The notes under the pieces are model-generated. The model worked only from the letters and a program-made list of their open reading frames with translations, was not told the origin of the DNA and ran no database searches. From Patescibacteria group bacterium (GTDB lineage: Bacteria > Patescibacteriota > JABMPQ01 > JAHIRA01), in the NCBI GenBank assembly GCA_018818205.1, contig JAHISJ010000013.1:16661-80660 (forward strand): a stretch of 64,000 bases of DNA. Reading direction: 5' to 3'. Made by a program: the position numbers and the translations under genes. Below, one piece after another: positions 1-8,800 of the stretch. Within the stretch, counting starts at the first letter, position 1; the number at the start of each line of letters is the position of its first letter.

Positions 1-1
1 T

Positions 2-193
2 ATTCCAAAGGACAAAGATTCAAACGGTCGTGTATATGACCTTATGGTGTTTAGACGTCGCGTTGGTGAAGTTAATAATTACTCCGCAGACGAATGGATT
101 TGGTATACGGAACTTTCCCCCCAAAACGAGCTTATCAGAGCAAGTCACTACGACTCGCTTATTGGAAAATGGCTCTGGGGAAACAATAATTAG
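2..193 (+). CDS. 3' end of a hypothetical protein (begins before the window)
   Basis: Frame 2 is open from the edge (IPKDKDSNGRVYDL...GKWLWGNNN) to TAG 191-193 and is followed by a terminator hairpin. Confidence 0.7.
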   Translation: MPKDKDSNGRVYDLMVFRRRVGEVNNYSADEWIWYTELSPQNELIRASHYDSLIGKWLWGNNN

Positions 194-212
194 AATGATA
201 CGTATATTTATA

Positions 213-245
213 GCCTCATGTCACCTAGTGATGTGAGGTTTTTTG
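213..245 (+). terminator. intrinsic terminator
   Basis: GCCTCATGTCAC-cta-GTGATGTGAGGT stem (with G-U pairs) followed by a T-tract. Confidence 0.75.
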
Positions 246-276
246 TTACTTTTCCCCATAAACAACCCTAAAAATC

Positions 277-305
277 TTGACAAAACACAAAAAAAGTGAT
301 ATAGT
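277..305 (+). promoter_or_regulatory. sigma70 promoter, extended -10, probably leaderless transcript
   Basis: TTGACA 277-282, 17-bp spacer ending TGa, TATAGT 300-305; ATG at 312 follows after 6 nt. Confidence 0.8.
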
Positions 306-311
306 TTTAAC

Positions 312-1790
312 ATGGAAAAAGTGTTATCCACATCAAAGTCTGTTTTTACCAAAGAGCGAGTTCTTTTGGGGCTCATATTTGTTTTTGGGGCGTTATATAC
401 TGCATCTGCCTATTTTAACCTACAAACAGAGCTTATTTTGCCGTTTGTGCTGCTTTTTTTGCTTATCTTTATTTTGCAGGGCTATTTTGCCGGATTTCTC
501 TCGATCATAGTATTAACTATGATTTTTGAGCACTTTTTTACCCTTGCGCCGCTCACTCTTTTTGGCTCAGAGTTTAAGATCTACGCGCTTGATTTCATTA
601 TCATTTTTTCAATAATCTCCTACTTTTTACACGAACGGATAAGAAATAAGAGAAGGATTACGTTTGGCAGCCTTAAAACACCCCTATTAATCTTTGCAGG
701 ACTTTGTCTTTTTTCTTTTATCTATGGTGTTTTGCGTGGAGGTGACGCTGCAGTTGCGTTTTCAAGCTTTAAAAACTATGCGCTGTACGCGGTTTTGTAT
801 ATTATGACCATCAATTTTGTTAACATTAAAGATAAATTAAGAGAGCTCATTAATACCATATTAGTAACAGGCCTTGGGCTTACTCTTTTTATTGTCGTGG
901 GGATTGTGCGTGGAGAAGGAATATGGGCCGAGTATAACATTCTCTCAACAGAAGGCGCGCGTCTTATTGCGGCAAGTCATGGGTTTTACCTGGGTATTGT
1001 CGTGCTTTTTGCGCTTCCACTTTACTTAAGTTCAAATATCATACTCAAGAAATGGGCGTTTCCGGTTATTGTTTTTCAAATCTTTGGTATTATTATTTCA
1101 CTTTCCAGGCATTTGTGGATTGGCCTAGCAGTCAGTCTCGCACTCATTTTTATACTTGTTCCAAGGATTCAAAAGAAAAAGATGCTTAAATCATTCGCGC
1201 TGTATGGCGGACTTTTTATAGCCGGACTTTCTGTATTAGTGTGGGGGTATGCTCTTGTAATCGGCAATGTTTCTGCACTCATTCCATCCGATTTTTTTGC
1301 AAATATTGCACAGAGGTTTTCGAGTATCAGCTTTATTAACGCGGATGATCCATCCGGTTTATGGCGACTCTTTTTGTGGCAAAAGTCTTTGGCGCTTCTT
1401 GCTCAAAGCCCGTTTATTGGCATTGGCTTTGGGTCTGCAGTGACGTTTGACTTCTTAGGGTACCCTATAGACGCGGAAGTGAGAAGCATGCACAATAGCT
1501 TTTTAGGTATTTTAGTACAGATGGGAGCTATTGGGCTTTTGGCTTTTTTAGCGCTTATCGCCAAAATTTTTTATGGGTTTGTACGAAATTTCAAACAGAT
1601 GTCGGGTATTTATAAAGCGATTGCGATTGGTGCCTTAGCCAATGTGATCTATTTTCTGATACTTGCTAATTTTGGCGTGTATTTTGAGTTGAACTCTCTT
1701 GTTGTTTTCTTTTGGATTTTGGTCGGTATTCTAGAAGTGAGTATTATTTTTTCTAAACGTGAGCATGAAAAAAGTAACCGTTTAAAGTAA
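312..1790 (+). CDS. O-antigen ligase/polymerase-like (WaaL/Wzy_C family) membrane protein
   Basis: About 12 TM segments, SLSR motif, WRLFLW...SPFIGIGFG...HNSFLGILVQMGAIG signature. Confidence 0.85.
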   Translation: MEKVLSTSKSVFTKERVLLGLIFVFGALYTASAYFNLQTELILPFVLLFLLIFILQGYFAGFLSIIVLTMIFEHFFTLAPLTLFGSEFKIYALDFIIIFSIISYFLHERIRNKRRITFGSLKTPLLIFAGLCLFSFIYGVLRGGDAAVAFSSFKNYALYAVLYIMTINFVNIKDKLRELINTILVTGLGLTLFIVVGIVRGEGIWAEYNILSTEGARLIAASHGFYLGIVVLFALPLYLSSNIILKKWAFPVIVFQIFGIIISLSRHLWIGLAVSLALIFILVPRIQKKKMLKSFALYGGLFIAGLSVLVWGYALVIGNVSALIPSDFFANIAQRFSSISFINADDPSGLWRLFLWQKSLALLAQSPFIGIGFGSAVTFDFLGYPIDAEVRSMHNSFLGILVQMGAIGLLAFLALIAKIFYGFVRNFKQMSGIYKAIAIGALANVIYFLILANFGVYFELNSLVVFFWILVGILEVSIIFSKREHEKSNRLK

Positions 1791-1799
1791 TCAAATTAT

Positions 1800-2633
1800 A
1801 TGAAGAAATATTCATTTGTGATTTTGACCTACAATTCAGAGAAGACGATTAAAGACTGCATCCAGTCGGTAATTGATAAAACTACCGGCATTGAGCGTGA
1901 AATTATTGTAGTTGATAACGATTCCAAAGATGGGACAGTCGATTTTCTAAAGAAGGAGTTTGCTGGTTTGATCACCTTGATAGAAAATAAGAAGAATACA
2001 GGCTTTTCCGGCGGCATGAACGTAGGGCTAAAAAAAGCTACAGGTGATTACCTTATTATGCTCAACCCTGATGCGCATATAGAGAAAATTGACTTTGATA
2101 CGATAGAAAAACAGTTTAAAAAAGAGGGGATAGGGGTGATTGCGCCAAAAATTGTTTGGCCAGATGGAACACTCCAGCCTTCATTTGGGTTTTATCCAAC
2201 AAGACTCAGGCTTCTTTTACACTTTTCAAAACTACAAAGAGTGTTACCAAATGGGTTTTTAGTTTATAATAATAAGTGGAACAAGCATTTCTATAAAACT
2301 TTGAGTGATGTTGACTGGGCGTCGGGGTGTTCGCTTGTTATCCCTAAAACTGTTTTAGAGAAAATAGACTATTTTGATGAGAACTTCTTCTTGTATGTTG
2401 AGGACGTTGATCTCTGTAAACGGATTAAAGATGAAGGGTACTCGATCATTGTTGACCCATCTATTGTTATCTCTCACATTCTGCAAGCGAGTGTAAAAGA
2501 AGACTTAGGCAAAAACCTCGACTTTCAAAAAGAGAGCTTTGAGTATTTCTTTAAGAAACATTACAATAAGAATATTAAGGGTTTAATGACGGCGATATAT
2601 GCGTTGATTAAGCGCAAACTGCCGAAGAAGTAA
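1800..2633 (+). CDS. GT2 glycosyltransferase (WbbL/rhamnosyltransferase-like)
   Basis: VVDNDSKDGT, NTGFSGGMN, LNPD, DWASG, FDENFFLYVEDVDLC. Confidence 0.9.
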   Translation: MKKYSFVILTYNSEKTIKDCIQSVIDKTTGIEREIIVVDNDSKDGTVDFLKKEFAGLITLIENKKNTGFSGGMNVGLKKATGDYLIMLNPDAHIEKIDFDTIEKQFKKEGIGVIAPKIVWPDGTLQPSFGFYPTRLRLLLHFSKLQRVLPNGFLVYNNKWNKHFYKTLSDVDWASGCSLVIPKTVLEKIDYFDENFFLYVEDVDLCKRIKDEGYSIIVDPSIVISHILQASVKEDLGKNLDFQKESFEYFFKKHYNKNIKGLMTAIYALIKRKLPKK

Positions 2634-2655
2634 GTTTTAAAAATTGTACGCCTTG

Positions 2656-2697
2656 TTCCTCCCCCTATAACCCTCCCCTTAGTAAAAGGGAGGGGAC
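2656..2697. repeat. REP-like intergenic palindrome (CCCTCCCCTT...AGGGAGGG class)
   Basis: CCCTCCCCTT-agta-AAAGGGAGGG hairpin preceded by CCTCCCCCTATAA; GC-rich in AT-rich context; no adjacent T-tract. Confidence 0.55.
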
Positions 2698-2724
2698 ACC
2701 TTTTACTCACAATCTTAAACACAT

Positions 2725-3972
2725 ATGAAGGTTCTGCACGCAAACAAATTCTACTACCTCCAAGGAGGTACTGAGCGATACTTCATTGAGACAATGGAGC
2801 TTTTGGAAAAGGAAAAAATCCAGTGTGTACCGTTTGCTATGCATCATCCAAAAAACTTAGAAACACCTTATAGCAAGTATTTTGTTAGTAATGTCGATTT
2901 TTCTAAAGTATCGTTTTCTAAAGAGGGGTTTAGGGTTGCTGGACGAATGCTCTACTCATTTGAGGCAAAGAAAAAGGTAGAAAAGCTCATAGAGGATGAA
3001 AAACCGGATATTGCGCATATCCACAACATTTATCATCAGATTTCACCATCGATTCTACCTGTTTTTAAAAATAACAACATTCCCGTTGTAATGTCTGTGC
3101 AGGACCATAAAATTATCTGTCCTGACTTTTTACTCTGTACCAATCATCCTAAACTCAGATATTGTCAAGACTGTAAACGGCATAAATATTACAAGGCGAT
3201 CCAGAATAAGTGTATCAAGGAATCATATATGGCAAGTACGCTTACGGCGCTTGAGATGTCGTTTCACAAGCTGGTGGGATACTATGAACGGTTTGTTGAT
3301 ACCTATATAGCTCCCAGCAATTTTGTCAAAGAACTTCTTATTGAGTGGGGGTATCCAGAAAAGAAAATCGTTACTATTCCGCTTTACGTTAAACATGACG
3401 AGCGTCCATACTCGTTTATGTATGATTCACAGAACCCCTATATTATCTACTGGGGACGCCATTCAAAAGAAAAGGGTGTCAGGTATTTAGTTGCGGCAAT
3501 GGAGAAGCTGCCTCACGTAAAGTGTATTATCTGTGGAACCGGTCCCGAGCATGAAGAGCTTAAACAAATTGCGAAAGACAAGAAGATTGATAACGTGGTG
3601 TTTTTAGGCTTTGTTCCTGACGAGGACTTAACACGAATTGCGCGGGATGCTCAGTTTGTCATTGTGCCATCAGTGTTTCCAGAAAACTTTGGACTGGTAG
3701 TAACAGAGGGGTTTGCGTTTGGAAAGCCGGTTATTGGGCCAAAGAGGGGAGCGCCTACTGAGCTTATTGATGTTGATAGAAATGGTCTCCTTTTTGAGGC
3801 ACAGAATGCAACTGACCTTGCAGAAAAGATTGATTCTTTGTGGAATAAAAAGGATAAGATTTCAGAAATGGGCAAAGAGGCAAGACGTGATGCAGAAACA
3901 CTCTATGATCCAAAATTACATATTGAAAGACTTATAACTACATACAACACTGTTCTTAAAAAAAATAAATAA
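2725..3972 (+). CDS. GT4 glycosyltransferase
   Basis: GGTERY N-terminus, YWGRHSKEKG, PSVFPENFGLVVTE; Cys-rich insert (CPDFLLC...CQDC...C). Confidence 0.9.
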   Translation: MKVLHANKFYYLQGGTERYFIETMELLEKEKIQCVPFAMHHPKNLETPYSKYFVSNVDFSKVSFSKEGFRVAGRMLYSFEAKKKVEKLIEDEKPDIAHIHNIYHQISPSILPVFKNNNIPVVMSVQDHKIICPDFLLCTNHPKLRYCQDCKRHKYYKAIQNKCIKESYMASTLTALEMSFHKLVGYYERFVDTYIAPSNFVKELLIEWGYPEKKIVTIPLYVKHDERPYSFMYDSQNPYIIYWGRHSKEKGVRYLVAAMEKLPHVKCIICGTGPEHEELKQIAKDKKIDNVVFLGFVPDEDLTRIARDAQFVIVPSVFPENFGLVVTEGFAFGKPVIGPKRGAPTELIDVDRNGLLFEAQNATDLAEKIDSLWNKKDKISEMGKEARRDAETLYDPKLHIERLITTYNTVLKKNK

Positions 3973-3975
3973 TTC

Positions 3976-5235
3976 ATGAGAAAACGTGCGCTTGATTTTT
4001 ATGCGTGTCCGGCGTGTAAGACGTTTCCACTGTTTCTTTCACATGATAGAGATGAGGTGATATTCAATAATCTCTTAGATGTCGCGGCAGAAACATATCA
4101 ATGCAAGCAGTATTGTAGCCGTAATCGTCGGATGGTAAATAGCCAGGACGATGCATATGCACTCGGATGTAAGAAATGCCATGAAGAGCAGGTTAAAACA
4201 GCAACGCTTACCTGCAAAAAATGTGGCTATGTTTTTTGTATAGAAAACTTTCTTCCAAACTTTAGACTAGATCATGCTAAAAAGCATAGCAGCGATCATT
4301 GCGAGTCACTGGGGAAAGGCGTTGTTCAGAAGCATGAATCGTTTTATACAAGGGCAGAGCAGGAAAAGGAACTGTATAGAAGAGTTAAAGCACTTTTACC
4401 TTTTAGCAGAGCAAAAAAACCTCGAGCAAAAAAGAATATGGAGGACGATCTTGAGTATCGGTCTAAATATCCTGAGAAAGATAAATATATTCCGGTTTTT
4501 GAGGAATATCTGTCAAAAAAACCTGTATACACTCTAGAGCTCGGTATTGGTCAAGGTGGGTTTACCTCGAGCGTTAAGAAGTTTTTTAAACCTGCAGTGT
4601 CATTTGGCCTAGACTATGAGCCTAAATGGGCAGAGATTGCGTGGATTCGTGATCCGGAAACAGAAGTGCTTACAGCAGACGCGCGTAAACTTCCCTTTAG
4701 AGATAGTTCAATCGATTTAGTATTTTCTGCATATACACTTGAACACATTGTAAACGTTGATCCAGTCATTCATGAAACAGCGCGTGTTGCTGATGAAGCA
4801 TTTTTAGTATTTGGCCCCAGCAAATGGTCTCTTTACGACGTTCATTTTGAAAAGGCGCCGCTTGTGCCACTCTTACCTGCGTTTTTAGCAAAGCGTCTTG
4901 CGTACTTGTGGAAGGTTAAGAAGGTTGGATTTAATTATGCACAGGGTGAAATATTTGATGAGTATGCTACAATGAACTACATACGACCGTCCTACTTTGA
5001 GAGACTTGCTCACAAGGCTGGTTTTAAACCTGTTCCGTTACTAAAAGAACAGCTTACTGAGTCGTTTAAGGAGGCGTATCAGTACCATTCAATTATGAAG
5101 GTTGTACAGAAGTTTGGCTTTATAGTACTTCCCATTGTTTCTTTGGTGGAGAAGATGAAGCTACAACCGTTTATGGTCTACTTTTTAAAAAAAGAAAAAG
5201 CAACGATAGTTGAAAAAAAGAAAGCAAAAAAGTAA
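3976..5235 (+). CDS. class I SAM-dependent methyltransferase with Cys-rich Trm112-like N-terminus
   Basis: ACPACK...CKQYC...CKKC...CKKCG, then LELGIGQG, GLD, ADARKLPFRDSSIDLVFSAYTLEH. Confidence 0.8.
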   Translation: MRKRALDFYACPACKTFPLFLSHDRDEVIFNNLLDVAAETYQCKQYCSRNRRMVNSQDDAYALGCKKCHEEQVKTATLTCKKCGYVFCIENFLPNFRLDHAKKHSSDHCESLGKGVVQKHESFYTRAEQEKELYRRVKALLPFSRAKKPRAKKNMEDDLEYRSKYPEKDKYIPVFEEYLSKKPVYTLELGIGQGGFTSSVKKFFKPAVSFGLDYEPKWAEIAWIRDPETEVLTADARKLPFRDSSIDLVFSAYTLEHIVNVDPVIHETARVADEAFLVFGPSKWSLYDVHFEKAPLVPLLPAFLAKRLAYLWKVKKVGFNYAQGEIFDEYATMNYIRPSYFERLAHKAGFKPVPLLKEQLTESFKEAYQYHSIMKVVQKFGFIVLPIVSLVEKMKLQPFMVYFLKKEKATIVEKKKAKK

Positions 5236-5242
5236 TATACAT

Positions 5243-5581
5243 ATGTCAAAGGACATTGACATGAAAAATGAGTACGAAGATGAATCGGATGACAGTTATG
5301 AATACGATGATTATGATGAGGATGAGATAAACGAGTTCTTGGAGAACGAAGAGGAGGAGGGGAAGTCTTTTGATGTAGTAAGAGCTGAAGTTCACGAGGT
5401 ACTTGCTCGCTATTTTGAAAAGAACGAAGTTCCCTTTGCTTGGGAGGCAAAGATTTTGCTAGATAATGTTGCTCAGGCTATTCACGATCAATTTGCGACA
5501 CATGAAGAAGATATTACCAAGTTGTACGAGGAGGTAGATCGGTTGAAGATGAGGGATAGAGAGAAGGATTCTAGGAAATAG
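5243..5581 (+). CDS. small acidic hypothetical protein
   Basis: ATG 5243 lies 7 nt after the upstream stop; D/E-rich N-half, helical C-half; followed by a terminator. Confidence 0.7.
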   Translation: MSKDIDMKNEYEDESDDSYEYDDYDEDEINEFLENEEEEGKSFDVVRAEVHEVLARYFEKNEVPFAWEAKILLDNVAQAIHDQFATHEEDITKLYEEVDRLKMRDREKDSRK

Positions 5582-5602
5582 GGCTATATTTTGGCTAAGT
5601 TT

Positions 5603-5633
5603 AAAAATACGATCGAATGATCGTATTTTTTTT
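5603..5633. terminator. bidirectional intrinsic terminator
   Basis: AAAAATACGATC-gaat-GATCGTATTTTT perfect inverted repeat plus further Ts, between convergent genes. Confidence 0.75.
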
Positions 5634-5645
5634 GTTTGTATTTTA

Positions 5646-5756
5646 TATGTCATCCCGGACAGTTTTTCCGAAAACTGATCCGGGATCTCGTTGAGTGCAG
5701 CATTAGAAACGAGATCCCGGATATCCACTTAAGAAAGTGAATTCCGAGATGACATA
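5646..5756. repeat. REPIN-like element (two inverted REP units, TGTCATCCCGGA family)
   Basis: Outer IR TATGTCATCCCGGA / TCCGAGATGACATA; perfect inner 15-bp IR 5678-5692 / 5708-5722; each unit is itself palindromic. Confidence 0.8.
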
Positions 5757-5805
5757 AAAAAGGGGAGCGGGCAGTATTACCTATCTCCTCGAACATAAAA
5801 AAGTC

Positions 5806-8800
5806 TTATCTATCTCCCGCAACATCAATGCCACCACGATGTTCTTTAGCAAATGCATAGAAGTTGACCGCAATTGCTTTACCGTTTGCTTCAAATGCAC
5901 GAACTTGTGGGGTACCGCCATTCCCAGCACCGGTAATGACTTCGTCAATGCCATTATTATCAAGATCAGCAGTAGTAACGTGTGCCCCGACGGGGAAGTT
6001 ACCATATGCTTTCCATTCACCCACAACTGTTTTTTGGTTGTTATATCTATACACTTTTACCCACGCATGCGCGTGACCGGATTGTGCGGCGACAATCTCA
6101 TCCTTGCCGTCACCATCAGCGTCGCCTGCAGCAACGGAGATACCGTCTCTATATAATGGATGAAAGGCAAAGAATTGCATGGGGCGCCTGATCCCATTTC
6201 CTTCGTATACTCTAATTAATGGTCCGCCGCCTTTTCCTGCACCTACAATAATCTCATCTTGTCCATCGTTATCAATATCGCCAGCGGCAACATCTGCACC
6301 ACATTGCACTTTTCCAAAAACGTTGAAGTTTGCTAGTACCGTTTTATTTGTGTCTGCTTTATACACTTTTACCCATGCTTCTCCGTCTGATTTTTGTGAG
6401 ACAATAATTTCTGCTTTTCCATCACCATCTACATCACCACCGGCAACGTCAACGCCCCCTCTAAAGTTTGGATGAAAGGGGAAGAAGTTCATTATTTCTT
6501 TTCCTTCATGATCAAAAACACGAACATGCGGCCCACCTCCCGGACCTGCGCCAGTTATAATGTCTTTGTGACCATCTCCGTTTACGTCCGCATAGGCAAC
6601 CGAGACGCCTCCTCTAAAGTTTTTATTATATGCCAAGAAACTTAGGTTAGTAGGAACACCAGATTTATCAAAGGTTTTAACATGCGGATTGCCTCCGGAA
6701 AGCGCTGAAGTGACTATTTTTGTTTCTCTGTCTTTAGCTTTCCTTGGCGGATCTTCAGTAATATCGGTTGTTTTTGGTGCAAATAGTGATTGAGATTGCT
6801 CATTTGAGGGTTCTTCATTTTGTGGTTCATTTTGTGGTTCATTTTGTGGAACTGAAGGCGTTGTTGGATTCGGTTCAGCTAGTGTGGGTATGGGTTCTGT
6901 ATCGGGTGTTTCTTCAGGGGTTAGAGTAATATCAAGTTCAAGTATCGTTACTGAATGAGGGGGAAACGAGTAAGAAAATAGTGGCCCGACATTACTGATT
7001 GAACTTTGCTTGATGGTAACATCGATATAGTTTTCATTGTTTGCCCCAAGAGCATATCCATCTAAAGTATATACTTTTGCTGAAGACCCAGGTGCCGCAT
7101 TCTTGATTTTAATTGAGGTCTGCATTGATGCAAGCTCATGCTTGTTGATACCTGCAATGTACAGTTTCTTGTCACTGGCGTCGCGTGATGCGTAAGAAGT
7201 AAAGTAAGGGGCATCTGAAAGCCCAGGAAGAGAGTCAAGTTCATCCACCGAGTAAACAGGTACGTCAAACAAGTTAACCGGAAGCATAATATCACCAAAG
7301 TGTTCAGAGAAGAGAGATAATGCAAGTGCAGATGGCCGTGCGTTTAAATTATCTGTAAATGCGTGCCAATGTGAATCGCTACTACCGAGTGCATGAAACT
7401 GAGCACGCTCGACATCGTTTTTGGCAGCTTCTGCTAAAAGTTCTGACGTTGCAATACCAAATGCAAGACTCTTTCCTTTGTCTGAGTCGTGCGTGTTGAA
7501 TTCTGTGAGTAACACTTCTATTGATCCTGCTTTGCTGGGCGCATAGTGTCTTAACAAATCTCTCGTTTGCTCAACCTGTCCTTTTGATCCATTGTTGTAC
7601 GATGACTTAAAAGCATTTCCCCAAGAGTAGGGGCTTGCAAGGAGTTGTTGGTTAGATACGTGCGTACCGCCTTCTGTGGGCATGTAGTAGTGTAGAACGA
7701 TAAAGTCAAGATCGTGTGCCGCGGTTTGTAACACATCTCTATCCCAATCAGAAAAGCCAACAAGGAGCGACGCACCAACTTTTATTGTGGGATCGACTGC
7801 TTTCATGGCTTTGGCATATTCTTTGATCTGTTCGCCGTACGTGGCTCCGGGCATGTGATTGTCGCCATATGCCCATATTTCGTTTCCAAGCTCAAAATAT
7901 TCTATGTTGAGCTTTTTGTTCTTATTTAAATCATAGACCAACTGTGCCGCATCTTCCGGTGTTCCCCGGAGATTAACGGTTACCTGTGGTTTGAGACTAG
8001 CATCCTTTGCTGTTTGTAGCTGGCCCTCAAAATCCATTACTTCCCATGGATTATTGGATGAGAAGGGGTGTGGATATGCGCTTTGCCACATAAACCTATA
8101 CCCTGAAAGCGGATCTTTGTGCCTAAAAGCAATACCCATAAAGCCTCTTTCATATGCATGTGCAGCGGCACCACGGATGGTTGCTTTGACACTATAGTTT
8201 TTCCAGCCCTGCTCGCCAACTTTCTTAAGTGAGAGGCTTTGCTGGCCTACATGATGATACGCACCATCTTTGTGTTCCCAGGTTCCATTGTCAAACCATG
8301 AGGGGAATCCATCATTATTCCATGCAGGCGAAATGCCGGCATCAAAATTGTCCTCAAAGAGGGGATTTTCGTATTCGTCTAGGATTTGAACGTTATCAAA
8401 ATACACTTCTTGATTAAAACTTGAATATAATCCGACTTCCCCCTCTGAAAATGCGCTGTCGGTTATATCAAAGATTTGCTGTCCATCAATGTATAATCGG
8501 TAATTATTACCATGCACGACAATTTCAACGCTGTAGTTTTTATTATATTCATATGGGACATTGTCACTTGCGAGTACATTCCATACACCATTGTCTACTT
8601 TTGCTATAAAACGCTTACCGGGGTCGTATGGCGCTGCAAGGCGTATTGATTCAGCGGGATAGTCTCTTAGTGTGCTACTTAAATCAGCGTTATGTACAAA
8701 TTCTGAACTGACGCTGTATCCATAGAGATTGGGGTTGATGCTACTTGTTGCGTTTAAGGCATCTACAGTCATTTTGGGACTAAAACTCTGTCCGACGGAC

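Noticed and set aside
30-510. ORFs 30..236 and 277..510
   Set aside because: They overlap the real frame-2 gene end, the terminator, the promoter and the ligase gene; the 277 start is the TTG of the -35 box.
5646-5756. Possible CRISPR array or tRNA
   Set aside because: The units are inverted rather than direct repeats with spacers, there are no cas genes, and I see no T-loop or D-loop consensus.
5459-6475. Short ORFs across the REPIN and antisense to the FG-GAP repeats
   Set aside because: Shadow frames of repetitive coding or palindromic DNA with no recognisable motifs. The same applies to the other nested 60-160 aa ORFs in the track.
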